Shown: positions 1 through 11,600 of the stretch, piece by piece
How positions within the stretch are numbered: the first letter of the stretch is position 1
Layout: each line of letters starts with the position of its first letter
Origin: Geosiphon pyriformis uo1
Lineage: Eukaryota > Fungi > Glomeromycota
NCBI GenBank assembly: GCA_016748015.1
Contig: JAAOMT010000760.1
Coordinates: 420,219-484,218 of the forward strand
Reading direction: 5' to 3'
DNA length: 64,000 bases
Made by a program: the position numbers and the translations under genes
Notes under the pieces: model-generated
What the model saw: only the letters and a program-made list of their open reading frames with translations
Database searches by the model: none
Told to the model about the DNA's origin: nothing

Positions 1-1337
1 ATAGAAAAAGTGAAAAACACTTTTGGGAAAATACATATGGTGGCACTAACAGAAGAGCTTACAAAAAAAAATTGGAAACAATAGACAGAATAACTTTTAA
101 TATTGTATTGCTACTATTAGTTAGGTCAGAAGTTGAATATTTAGAAGTTGTATATTGACAAATCTAAGAGAATATTCAACCAAAACATAATACAACAAGT
201 GGAAAAATTCATCAGAAAGAAAACAAATTTAACACTACATGTTAAAACAATGTACCGACTATGCAACATATTTTAGAACTATCCAGAAATACTGTTACAC
301 TCTAACATGGAAACCATAATCATTAACCAATAGAAAAGAATGAATAATACACAAGTAGATGACATAAAAAACAGAGTCAAACAAACAATGCTTGAAAAAA
401 AAGTATTAGAATTAATTCAAAATGAGGATTTTAATAGAGCTCAATATTAAAAAAAGAAGATAATATTACTTATAAGAAGAAAACAGATATAAAAAAAGAG
501 TGAACCAATAAGAAAGTAGTAGTTAGCACGTGAGCATATTGCTTAGCAATATGGAGCAATGTCGGAAATCAGAACACATTGCTCAGCAATGTGGAGTGAT
601 GTCAGGAAAATATGGCACATTGCTTAGCAAGGTAAGTATTGCTTGAGAAATTATAGCACATCACTCAAGAAATATGAGCAATCTTGTAGAACCCAAATTA
701 TGTATATATAGTGGTAGCATTAGAAGTAGAAAAAACAAAATCCTTTCATTAGAGACCTCTCAGTTTAGATTTCATCTAAGCAACTTTTCATTTACAAATA
801 TTAAATAAATAATTATTTACCATTTCAATCCACTCTCCACTATCAACACTTTATGTTGATAGTAATTGATACTTAACTACACTGGAACAATAGCTCTTGA
901 TCACAGCTATTAACGAATACTAACTTGCATATTGCCTTGGCTCATTTTTTTATTTTCTTTTATTTTCTTTTCTTGATTTTATTGTTGTATACTAACTGAT
1001 TAAAGATTAAAGCACTGAGTAATTGATGTCACAGATAGCCTGGTAAAAGACCCAGAAATAAGGGTAAAATTATATATATATTAACAAATAGCTTACCAGA
1101 AGAGCACAAATGCCAGAATAAACTGGCCACCAAGCTGAAAACAGAAATTGGGAACACTACTTACTAACCAACTATATCATCATTGAATCTCTGTCCATTA
1201 TACAAAAAACTTTTAATCAAAACCTTCAGATAAAGACAAAATACCAAAATTACCACCAGCATCCATCAGAGTAAATACTGAGCACCAAGTTATGGGTTTG
1301 TTATTTGACTTGAGACTCCAAATAATCACTTGTAACA
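1..1337 (+). mobile_element. Ty3/gypsy LTR retrotransposon A, 3' end (ORF3 C-terminus, PPT, 3' LTR), inserted into gag of element B
   Basis: 1-450 translates (with stops) to the ORF3 also seen at 53813-54448. A purine tract at ~449-463 is followed by an LTR ending TGTAACA at 1337. The sequence after 1337 is minus-strand gag. Confidence 0.9.
464..1337 (+). repeat. 3' LTR of element A
   Basis: Termini TATTACT (decayed TGTTACT) and TGTAACA; CCAAT at ~505; TATA-like box at ~703-711; ACATTGCTCAGCAATGT repeats; aligns by eye with LTRs at 30394 and 54462 and with the reverse complement of 21089. Confidence 0.92.
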
Positions 1338-3264
1338 CCATAAATTGACAGTATCTTGTAAAAAGTACAGAATGGTTTGTAGAGCTCTGGCATTGTTCTA
1401 ATTATTGATGGTAATGGCTTTGGCAATATTATTAAGCCAGACTTGGATATTGTCTTTTTTGCCAGTAAACTTTTCTAATTTAGTAATAAAAGTGTATACC
1501 ATCAGTGCTATTATTGGTTGTTGTTGTGGTTTAGCAATTGGTACAACTAATAGTAAATTGATTATAATTATTGAAGATAAGTTTTAAGGAACAATAGGAG
1601 CTGGATTTGAATTATTTGGGTTTTATTGGGTCTAAATAATCAGAGTTTAGATTTCCAGGTTTTCTAAGATTAGATTTCAATATGTAAATTCCTAATCTTC
1701 AATTTTTTTTTTATCTGAGTTGGTTATTTTTCAAAAACTGGTAGCTCCAAAATTGGGTTGAGGTAGTAGTAATCAAAATTTTGATGGCATTGGTAATTGC
1801 AATTTGAATTCTTCAAAGTAATTACTGTAAGTTTCCAATAAATTGGTTTTTTTTTATTGACTTTGAAATGTTATTCTTGCTAATAGTATTTTTGTTGATG
1901 ATAATGTACTTTTTAATGATATATTGATAGTACTTTTAGACATGTGGTAATAAGACAGATGTATGAGTAAAACTATTTTTGGTTTCTTCCAAGTAGGTAG
2001 TTGTATATTTTTTGGTGTTTTTACTAGTGTTTGTAATTTTTCTTTGTTATTGTCTACAAAGATAATAAAAAATTTCTGTCTGATATGTTTTTCAATTTTT
2101 TTATTAATTTTTGTGATTATTAGAATAAACAAATAATTTTGTAAAAGTGTGGTACTCTAAAATAATTTACTATAAAAATTGATAAGTGCTGTTTCTGAAT
2201 CTTCTTGATTTCTTAAATGAAATTTAATTCTTTTGTTGACATAGAAATTGAAAGTTGATTCTGCTGGCCAATAGTTGCTTGTTAATTTTAAGTAAGTTTA
2301 ATAGTGTTGAAATAAAGTTTTTGTAAATTCCAAGTGGTTTGTCTCTGTTTTTTTTAATTTTGCTACTGTTTTAGATAATTGCTGTTGGTGCTGGTTTCTG
2401 TTAGATTATACCTTACAGAAAGCACCAAATGTTACAAGTAATTATTTGGGTGGTTAGAATAAATAATAAACCCATAACTTAGTGCTTAATAGCTAATATT
2501 GTTGGTAATATCTAAAGGTTTTGGTTGAGTTTTTTGTATAATAAACAGAAATTCAATAGTGATATTCTTTGGTAATGTTTCTAATGTTTTCTCAACTTTC
2601 AAGTTGGTGTACTTTGTTGTTCATCACTTTCTATAATATCTATATTCTGTCAATTTTTTTTTCAGCTTAATAGTCAGTATCTCTTAATAAGCTATCCTTA
2701 ATTTCGAATATTTACTTTTATTTCTGGGTCTTTACCAATGCTATATTCTGACATCAGTATCTTGTATGTTAATCTTTTTAATCAGTTAGTAAATCAACAA
2801 CAAAAATAAAGACAAAAAAGAAAATAAAAGAAAATAAAGAAAATAAAGAAAAGAAAAAATTAATATCTTATTAATAGCCATAATCAAAAGTTATTATTTC
2901 AATATAATTAAGTATTGGATGTTATTAACATAAAGTGTTAATAAATGAAAGAGTAGTTAAATGCTTAAACAAATAATAACAACATGAATTAAATGATAAT
3001 AAGTATGTTTTTATTTGATATTTTGTTAATAAATTTACTTTGATAGATATTAATTATTCATAAAATAAGAGTTAATTAATAGATAAAAAAAGAAATGCTA
3101 AACTAGAACTGAATTCTGTTTTTTCTTGCTTTTAATGCTACTGCTATATATACATAGTTGGTGTTATACAAGATTTCTGAAATTCTTGTAATTTCTTTAT
3201 TACTATGTTTACTTTTGATTGGCTATTCTTCTAACTATAATATTTCTAATTTTTATAAGTAACA
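1338..3264 (-). mobile_element. Ty3/gypsy element B, 5' part (5' LTR, PBS, N-terminal gag), truncated by element A and inserted in a LINE
   Basis: Minus-strand gag (…YTFITKLEKFTGKKDNIQVWLNNIAKAI…; ORF 1854-2132 matches gag of 51844-52284). PBS TTTGGTGCT at ~2420-2429. LTR at 2430-3264. Confidence 0.88.
2430..3264 (-). repeat. 5' LTR of element B
   Basis: TGTTACAAG…TAAGTAACA termini; similar to LTR 15032-15935. Confidence 0.85.
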
Positions 3265-5223
3265 GTGGTATTTGTTTTGAGTTTTTTAAATACTAGTGGT
3301 GTTTTTGGTTGTTTGTTTAATTATAAGTATCTAAATTTGCAAGTATTGAATTGGTCTTCTAATTATTTTTTGCAGATCTTTGTAAAGTCAAAAATTAATT
3401 TAATTAACAATTTTTTGACTGGTGTGATGAAAATTTTTCTGGATTATAATGTTTCTTTTGTGAATAATTTGTATTTTATAGTTTGTTTTTTTGGTAATAC
3501 TCTAATGTTTTTTGTTTTGGAAAGTTCAGTTTTTTATAATATCTTTTATTTACTTAAGAAGTTTAATATTGTTTTTATTGAACAACTATACAATAAAAAA
3601 GGGCTGGTTTTTAATTGCAAAAATTTTTGTTATTAGAAAAAACTTGATTCTAAGAATCTGGTTTCTATTTTGTTTAAGTTAATATGTGATTAACACCATC
3701 TCTTATTTTGCTAACCAGTCACTTATTAGTAGCTTATAGCTTTTAAATGTTCTTGGTTTTAGTAATTTTTTTACAATTAGATAATGTTATTTTAATGCTA
3801 ATTTAGATGTTATTAATGTTTATACAGATAAGTCTTTAAAAAATTTGGGTTTATATAACATAAGATATGGTATTATTATGTTTTTTGCTGACTTAAACCT
3901 AAATATAAGCATTAAAGTTGGTAGTCTGGTCTTTTTTACATTGGCAAAATTACAGACAATTGCTTTAACCTTGAAGTGTGCTCTTGTTTCTAGTGCTGTT
4001 ATGTTGTACTTAAATAACCAAGCCATTTTTGATATTTGTGCTATAAAATTGGATATAATTTTGCCAGATTTTTGCAATTTATATTGGCTTAAAAGATATT
4101 GTATTGTAAATTTTATTAAGTATAAGAATTTTAATATTTTTTGGTTTAAGATTAAAAGCCATTTGGATGTTTTAAATAATGAATGTACTGATCAGTTAAC
4201 TAACATAACTTTGTGTTCAAATTTAGTGCTTTTTGTTTTTGTTAAAGAAAGATACATCAAAGTTAATAGAATAATAGTGTTTAAAAATACTTGTTACTTT
4301 GCTTGTAATATTTTTAAAGCTATTAATTATGTTTGCTAGAAAATTGGGTCGGATTTAATATTGTTAATAAAAACATAATTAAGAATATGAATTAGATTTG
4401 GATATTATTAATTTGGTATTTTGAGTTATATATGGCTTTAGGTTTTACAAGTAAACTTACTACTGGTTTATGTTTATATTATATAAAGACTATATATTAT
4501 TGCTTGTCTATTATTATTTACAAGTACTTGTATAATAAGAAGTATCTTAGTATATTGTGTTTTTATTATGGAAAAATGAAAATTTTTAATTACTTTTTTA
4601 TATGTAAAATAAAGTCAATTGCTTGAATTGTGATTAGTTTAATGAGATTCTATGTTAAGATTAAGCTTGTTATTATCTTGCATCTTGTAAATGCTTTTTT
4701 TGTATGTATTTAATAATATTGTTTATACTGTTTTGTATAAAAGTTTTGTATTTAAAAATTGGTTTTTGAAGACTGTGTTTGTTTTTGGTTATGCCAAAGT
4801 TGTGAGTAAAAAAAACATTAACTTTGTGTAAGATATAAAGATGACTTATTATGTTAATATGTAGCTAGTAAAATCTAAGTATAAAACAATTATTAAGAAA
4901 AATAATCTGATTATACATAATAAATTTATGTCTTTAATAGTTTATAATCTGTTATCTTTGCTTTTTGACAGTATTATTAGGTTGTTTGGAATTGCAAAAA
5001 CACATAGTATTAGTTTTGGTTCATGTAAACTATGTACTTTTTTTCCAAATATTAATTGTGTGATTTTTATTAAGATAGATATATAATATAGCTTTAATTA
5101 ATTCAAGTAACTGGTTATATGTAAAAAGTATATAATTTGTACCTAATTTAAATTACTTAGTTTGATATATTATACTAGATAATATTTAGGCCTTACTTAT
5201 AAAATAAAAATAAAAATAAAAAA
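3265..5223 (+). mobile_element. Decayed LINE, 3' part of ORF2 (post-RT region, RNase H, C-terminal Cys region), 3' UTR and A-rich tail
   Basis: ORF 3265-3636 aligns with LINE ORF 58918-59370. RNase H remnants: VYTDKSL, TLAKLQTIAL, WFKIKSHLDVLNNECTDQL. The 3' UTR matches other LINE ends. A-rich tail at ~5201-5223. Confidence 0.85.
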
Positions 5224-6074
5224 TATAATAAATATTATTTTTAATTAATAGTATTATTAATATGTTTTTTTGGTTTATATAAATAATAATATATTTTTTA
5301 ATATAAAATATATAATTAATCTTAATAAATTATTTAGTATAATTAAGAATTTGTCTAATAAAAAATCATGAACTTGTTTAATATTACTAATAAGTTTTAA
5401 AAACATTATAACAAATTTGTTTTAAATTTGCTTTTAAATTTGTTAAATTTGTATTTATATATATATATTAGTTAAATGTTTATAATATCTAAGTTTTATA
5501 AATAAGAAAAAGTTTAATAAATATTAAATTAATTGTATTAATTAAAATAATCAACAAAATTTTTTTTAAGATTTTTTTTATAAAATTTCTTATTTATAAC
5601 AAATTTTATATTTTTTATAATAACTTTTTTGTTTTAAAAAATATTTTAACTCAATTTTTATTTTTGTAATAAATTTTATAATTAAAAATATCTTGAAAAA
5701 AATTATAAGTTTTAATTAGTTTTATAAAATATGTAAAAAGTTTATAATTTTATAAGTTAACATTATTTAAAAAATATTTATGTTAAAATTAAAATATATA
5801 AGCAGTTTATAATATTTTTTTAATAATATTTATAATAACAAATTAGTTTAATAAATAATTATAAAATTTATTTTATTTAATTACAATAATTTTAGTTTTA
5901 ATTATTTATTATTATTATAATATGTGTAATAGTAATTTAAATTCTTTTGTTAATATAAAAGTTTTATTAAAATAAAAGTTTTTTAAAAGCTTAAAGTTTT
6001 TAATATTAAGTTAAATATAAATAAAACTGCTATATAGTTGGCTAATATAATTTTTGATAATAATAATTTAGTTG

Positions 6075-7020
6075 TTTTTTTGTTTTTTTTTGATTTAATA
6101 AATATAATTCAACTATTATCTAAAAATTAGAAACAAACTAAGAGTTTTAGTACTAAATATAATTTATGTGTTTTCTATATATAACCAGTTATTTAAGCCA
6201 GTTCAAATTATATTATGTTAATATTCTAAAAAAAACTTATTCAAGAAAAACATTTTTTGAACAATTTTAAATAATATAATACTATTACTAATCAATTCAA
6301 CCAGTTATTTAACTGTTTTTAAAACATTTGTCTTTACAACAATAAATTCATGTTTTTAAAGTAATATCAAATTAGAAAATATATTATTATTAACAAAAAA
6401 CAAATTCACATAAAAGCCAAATATATTAATATTTTTATAGTCATATTTAGTTTTTAAAACAACTATTTTCTACTTCAGCTTACTAACAGTCTTATTAAAG
6501 ATACTTATATGTACTAAAATTTTATTAACTCTAAGACTAAGAACACTACTTAAAACCAAATTTCTATTAACAAATTGTTTAAACACAGTAACTATAAAAC
6601 CAATTGACTTAACAATAAAATTGACCAGAACAAAAAGCTTGATTAACTCGAATTTTAAAGAGATTAACTAATAAGAAACCACAAAATTATCAGCCATTAT
6701 ATTAGCAGAAGAAACTAAATTAACCAAAGGATAAGAATTTAAAAAAGACACAAAAGCAATAGTTTTGATATAAAACTTGTTACCAACAACATAAGAGATA
6801 AAAGCCTTAAAAATCTTAGAAAAAAAAGATGAAAACACTTTATAATCCAAAACCAGATAATTTGAACTTTAACACTGAAAGCAGTACTAATTTCTAAGAC
6901 TTTTCTATCAGATATAATATTTTCTTAATATACTAGTTTTAATAACTATAATATCTAAATCAATCTGAAATTCAAACATAATTAGAACAAACTGAAAATA
7001 ACAACCAGAATTAAGAGAGT
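6075..7020 (-). mobile_element. 5'-truncated non-autonomous LINE derivative: ORF1 C-terminal half joined directly to the LINE 3' UTR and poly(A) (HAL1-like)
   Basis: The minus frame reads FEFQIDLDIIVIKTSILRKYYI**KSLRN*YCFQC*SSNYLVLDY, a decayed CX2CX4HX4C knuckle positioned as in ORF1 at ~62700-62870. It continues to a TAA at 6213-6215, followed immediately by the 3' UTR shared with full LINEs and a T-run (poly-A) at 6075-6091. Confidence 0.7.
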
Positions 7021-8051
7021 AAAAAATGAAATATGTTTAATCACTTTTAATTGTAATTATGTAAAAAATAATTATATAAATTGTAAATTCAACTTAATTT
7101 AGCTTAAACTAATTTAAATGGCTAATTTGTATTAAAAAAATATTAAAATGTTTTAAGTAAAAAATATATTATTAACAATTAGAAAAAATTATATAATTTT
7201 AATAAAAATATTGTTTAATTATAATAGTTATTAATATTAATATTATTTTAATTAATTAAAAATTATTTTATAATTAATATTACTTTCAGGTTTTTGTAAT
7301 TTATTTAACAAATTTTAAAATTAAATTGCGAAAATAATTAAATTAATATAATTAAGATTATTTCGTGTTTTTTTATGTTTAACTTGTAATTAAAAATAAC
7401 ATTTCAAAGTTTTAAAGTTTTTAAACTGTTGTAAACCAATATGGTAATTTTTAAAAATAACTTGAAAAAATTATGTAAATTAATCTAAGAAATTATTAAT
7501 TTTAAAAATTCCAGAATTATTAAAACCAAATTGGAGATTTTGCTTTAAAATTTGGAATACCTTAAAATTTATTGCAAAATACTTACAAAATCAACACCTG
7601 AAGTTTTTTTATTGAGATCAAAGTGTTTATAAAATTATAGTACTGATTAGTCAATTTCTTAAAGAAAATCTGTAAAAAAAATTGACCAATTATTGTTTCA
7701 GGAGTGCAAGTGAAGCCATTCAATTGGAGGAGAGCTAGGCCGTTTGAAAGAAGAGAACACGCATCAGCTTAGAAATATTCATCTTTAGAGTCGAAAAATG
7801 ATCCAGGAAATGGAATTAGAATCCTATTCTCATATTTAGATTATTACTAAATAATTACATGCTTTTAGAGGATACAGACTTTCCGAAGGTATTAGTAATC
7901 AATCGCCGAAAAATCCTTCAGCAACATGATAAATATGCATGTTTCTTCCGTCTATCTTGGAGGAAATATGCCGTTATAAATTTGGGTCAACAACGATCAA
8001 TTAAAAGAAGTTTCATATGTAAATTGTTAACATCCTACCCGCATTATAGAT

Positions 8052-11000
8052 TTACTGTACTGTACAACGGTCTGATTTTCCTCCGGGATTATTAGAGCTG
8101 CCTATATTATCGCTAGATGAGCTGGGGGCATTATTGCCGTTGTTAAAGGTTAAACTACGATTTCCCGTAGTAGAAGCAGAAGGTTCGCGAGAATCTCGAC
8201 TTATTTCTGCCACGCCAAATTGGGCGTTCGGATTAAAAGGCTCTTTTTGGTTTCTCCTTAATGGCTGTACTTGAGAAAGTCCAAACTCTGGATGGGACTG
8301 ACTTGTGGAAGACACATTCACTCCAAAAGAGCTAGATGATTGAATACCAGTCTGCGGCTGAGAAGCGTTACTATTAGATTGAGTTCGAGATACTATTGGA
8401 GGGTAACTAAGTTTTGATCGATTTGCTGAACTATTGCTCGCCAAATTTAGAGCCGTATTATTTGATAGAGAGGGTAGATTGAAGGGAAGCTGAGTGTGGT
8501 CAACCAGACCAAGCGTATTGGGGCTCCCATGTCTTAAGGTGGAAATTGATGGTCGACTGTTCCTGGGAGAAGATGAATTCAAAAGAAAAGGTGGATTTAC
8601 GACGTCTACTCGATTATTATCTCCTAGGGTAGTTGATGGATCACCTTTCTGTTCGCCTAATTTCAAAGCTTTTGCTTCACGTTTTGCGGCCCTGGTTTTT
8701 TTGTTTTTTTTCTTGGTAGCTGGAATATTGTTCACATCCCTTGTATATGTGCCTCCAGGCAATTCATTTGCTTCGCTCGGTGATAGTGTTACATCAATCA
8801 GTTTTGTTCTTTCTGGGATAACATATGGCGTCGACCTATTTACCCCTTTATTCTTCTTTTTTGTCAATATGGGAGTTGCTACACGTTCACGTATTTCTCC
8901 TTCTTCTGGTTCAGATTCAGAATTCTTGGCTTTTGATTTTTGCTTCATATTTTCTAAGTGTTGATTTCTGACAACTGAAACTATTCCAAACTCCTGAGTA
9001 GACGTTTTTGAAGAACTGGGGATAATACTGGCACTTACTAATGTTGGCTGTATTCTTTTTCTTTTTAGATTTTGTTGCTTGTCATGAATTGTTTCATTTT
9101 GAGATACTTTTTCTTTATTTGCAATAGATTGTGACCCTTCATTTATTTCTCCTTCCTCTAATAGGTTTTCTGTGACACGTGGAGATTCTCTTTTCGACTT
9201 GGATTTAATAACGTTATCATTATCGCCAGGTGCATCGAAATCATCTTGGTCTCGAATTTCATGATTACGATTATCGAAAATGTAGGGGTTACTAGTCTCA
9301 CTAAAGTTACCATTGGCATTCGATTGATTTTCTTTCAATTTTGTCAATCTCGAGCCCTGTGGTGTATATAAATGGACCGCTTGCGAATTGGTCATTATTT
9401 GAGCCTTATCCGGGACTGTTATAGAAAAATCGAGGTTGGTGAGAATTTTGTCCATTATTTGGGAAGCTTTTGGGTCAAATTCAGTAGCATGATCAAGCTC
9501 GTTGCCAAATAAGGAAGATCTTTCTGAAAGAAATTTCGAAACATCTAAGGCAGGCTCATCTAATTCCAAATCCATATCGTCTATATTGGAACTTGCATTG
9601 ATGGTAGGATCTGATGAATCTGACAACTTTAGAGAATCTACCTGTTGCTTGACTGATGCATCGACAAGCTTTAAGAGTCGTTGAACTAACAGAGCGATGT
9701 CCATAGCGTGAATGCGAATTAAAGATGGTGGAGGATTACAGCATCCGATAACTTCAGATGGCTGTTGGGGCATGCGTTGTGCTATTTCAAACAGCATGTT
9801 ATTTGGAAGAACATAGCGAACACTCTCATCTTCCTCACGAGCTTTTTGGTCTCTCCACTCGTGAACAGCTTTGAATACAGCTAGCTGTTGATGATTGAAT
9901 GTACGGTTACACTTGTTCAGCGTATTTTTCCAACCACCTGGTCCTTCGCCATTTTCTGAATCATACTGCTGTTTTTCATATTTGAGAAGTGAGGTTTCAC
10001 GTGATCTCTCAAGAGCAGTTTGCATAAGTTTGGATTTTGGCAAAAGTTCCTTCTTCATACAATCGTATATGTAGATTAGGTAGTGAGTATCTGACCGAGC
10101 GTAATTAAGCATTTCTTTTGGAAGTGGTCTTATTCTCCAATCCGCAAGCTGGTACTGCTTGTCAAGATATACTCCACAATATTCTTTCACGAGAAATGCT
10201 AATGAATGATGCGGAAGAGACAAAACTTTAGAGGCGTGAAAGGTATCAAATAAATTAACTACGTAAACGCCAAAGTCCCTTTGTAACCACAAAATATCAG
10301 ATTGAGCGCCGTGAAACACCTTAACAATATTAGGATTAGTGAAGATATTATTTAAAGCGTGCAGCGTGTGTCGTAGCGTGAAAGCATCTATAATATAATC
10401 TTCCTCACGAGTGCTTATTTGTATAAGACAAACAAAGCCTTGATAAGTGCGGTAATCGTGATGCTCAAGATCAACAGCGATCTCTTGAGCGCGCTCTAAT
10501 TTCTGGCACATTAAACTCAACTCTTCTTCTTTACTAACAAATATATGAGTGGTACTTTCAAAAGGCGCATACATTTGCCCATTTGGTTGATTAAACATAT
10601 GCACTGGATACACCAAGTTATTGATTTCATATTCGTAAGGATGAGGGAACCCAGATAATTCGTTTTCAATATTCATAGTCCCGTCAGCATGTTGCATAAG
10701 CGGCACTTGAGCATTTGGTTTGTTTTTGAGCTTGGGGAGGAATAGCGCCCTTGAATTATCAATTTTGTCCTTGAAAGTTAACTGCGGACGAATAATGTTT
10801 TGGGCGTATAGAAAACGGCTTTCTGAATTAGTACTTAATTTCGCAACAACTGGGTTGCTCTGAATCACAGGAGTAGCAAATTCTTTTGCCCGTCCAGTGA
10901 ATTCGTCAAGGCAGACATCAATTTTTTCGATTGCCCCTTCTAAAACTTCGACTATATCATCAAACTTATTATCGATATCCTCCTCCTCTTGCAAGAGTCC

Positions 11001-11246
11001 AGTACGGTTGGAACCGTAGGCTGGTGTGCTGGAATTTTGCAACAGCCTGTTGACAAGATTCAAAACTCTATCACCTACACGGTCAAGATCCGTTCTACCT
11101 GAGCGATCAACCTTCCGTAGAAAGCTGACATCCGAAGCATCGATCTGAGCTGACTCAGTGGATGCTTCCACTAGAGCTTTCAGAGTTTGGGTTTGAAACC
11201 TAACAAAGAAATTTGAAATGTCAAGTGAAGCCCCTTCGACCTCCAT
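8052..11246 (-). CDS. RRP6: Nuclear exosome 3'-5' exoribonuclease Rrp6/EXOSC10 (PMC2NT, DEDD-Y exonuclease, HRDC, long disordered tail)
   Basis: Uninterrupted 1064-aa ORF. Hallmarks: RPQLTF…IDNS…FLPKL…KPNA, HPYEYEI, IAVDLEHH…YQGFVCLIQISTR, FHGAQSDILWLQRDFG, YQLADWRIRPLP, YARSDTHYL, HRDC WRDQKAREEDESVRYVLPN, and the C-terminal GNRSLTF motif. Confidence 0.97.
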   Translation of the reverse strand: MEVEGASLDISNFFVRFQTQTLKALVEASTESAQIDASDVSFLRKVDRSGRTDLDRVGDRVLNLVNRLLQNSSTPAYGSNRTGLLQEEEDIDNKFDDIVEVLEGAIEKIDVCLDEFTGRAKEFATPVIQSNPVVAKLSTNSESRFLYAQNIIRPQLTFKDKIDNSRALFLPKLKNKPNAQVPLMQHADGTMNIENELSGFPHPYEYEINNLVYPVHMFNQPNGQMYAPFESTTHIFVSKEEELSLMCQKLERAQEIAVDLEHHDYRTYQGFVCLIQISTREEDYIIDAFTLRHTLHALNNIFTNPNIVKVFHGAQSDILWLQRDFGVYVVNLFDTFHASKVLSLPHHSLAFLVKEYCGVYLDKQYQLADWRIRPLPKEMLNYARSDTHYLIYIYDCMKKELLPKSKLMQTALERSRETSLLKYEKQQYDSENGEGPGGWKNTLNKCNRTFNHQQLAVFKAVHEWRDQKAREEDESVRYVLPNNMLFEIAQRMPQQPSEVIGCCNPPPSLIRIHAMDIALLVQRLLKLVDASVKQQVDSLKLSDSSDPTINASSNIDDMDLELDEPALDVSKFLSERSSLFGNELDHATEFDPKASQIMDKILTNLDFSITVPDKAQIMTNSQAVHLYTPQGSRLTKLKENQSNANGNFSETSNPYIFDNRNHEIRDQDDFDAPGDNDNVIKSKSKRESPRVTENLLEEGEINEGSQSIANKEKVSQNETIHDKQQNLKRKRIQPTLVSASIIPSSSKTSTQEFGIVSVVRNQHLENMKQKSKAKNSESEPEEGEIRERVATPILTKKKNKGVNRSTPYVIPERTKLIDVTLSPSEANELPGGTYTRDVNNIPATKKKNKKTRAAKREAKALKLGEQKGDPSTTLGDNNRVDVVNPPFLLNSSSPRNSRPSISTLRHGSPNTLGLVDHTQLPFNLPSLSNNTALNLASNSSANRSKLSYPPIVSRTQSNSNASQPQTGIQSSSSFGVNVSSTSQSHPEFGLSQVQPLRRNQKEPFNPNAQFGVAEISRDSREPSASTTGNRSLTFNNGNNAPSSSSDNIGSSNNPGGKSDRCTVQ

Positions 11247-11600
11247 GTTTGAAGAATCTTGAGGTGTCTGTTTTTTTGCGTAATGATCCTTGATACAATG
11301 ATGAGTTCACGTGCTTTGTCATAGGTTGTTTTTTATTAATTTTAACATTAGTTTGGTGTTTTTAAAATATTGAATTTAAAAAAATTTAATTACTTATAAA
11401 TTACGTATGTTTAAAAATATAAATATATTTAAAAATATTATTTTAATAAGTTATAAAGTTTTGTGTTTTAAAATTAAAATATTTTGATTAAATAATGGAT
11501 TTTAAATTACAATTAAGATATATTATATAATTTTAAACAATTAATATTTAAATTTTTTTTTGTTATAAATTTAAAAATGAAAAATTTTCAACATTTTTAA

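Noticed and set aside
530-685. Periodic palindromic repeats resembling a CRISPR array
   Set aside because: They lie within LTR U3, the intervening sequences are themselves repeated rather than unique spacers, there are no cas genes, and the context is eukaryotic.
5224-6074. Extremely AT-rich tracts (also ~7020-7600, 11330-11600, 55967-56300) as centromeric or origin elements
   Set aside because: No periodicity or motif; most simply explained as end-stage C>T-decayed repeats.
7859-8095. 78-aa ORF convergent with RRP6, or possible extra RRP6 exons at 7700-8050
   Set aside because: No homology cues. RRP6 already ends after its conserved GNRSLTF motif, so this is probably 3' UTR.
8494-8964. 156-aa plus-strand ORF (also 9502-9684)
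   Set aside because: Antisense shadow of RRP6.
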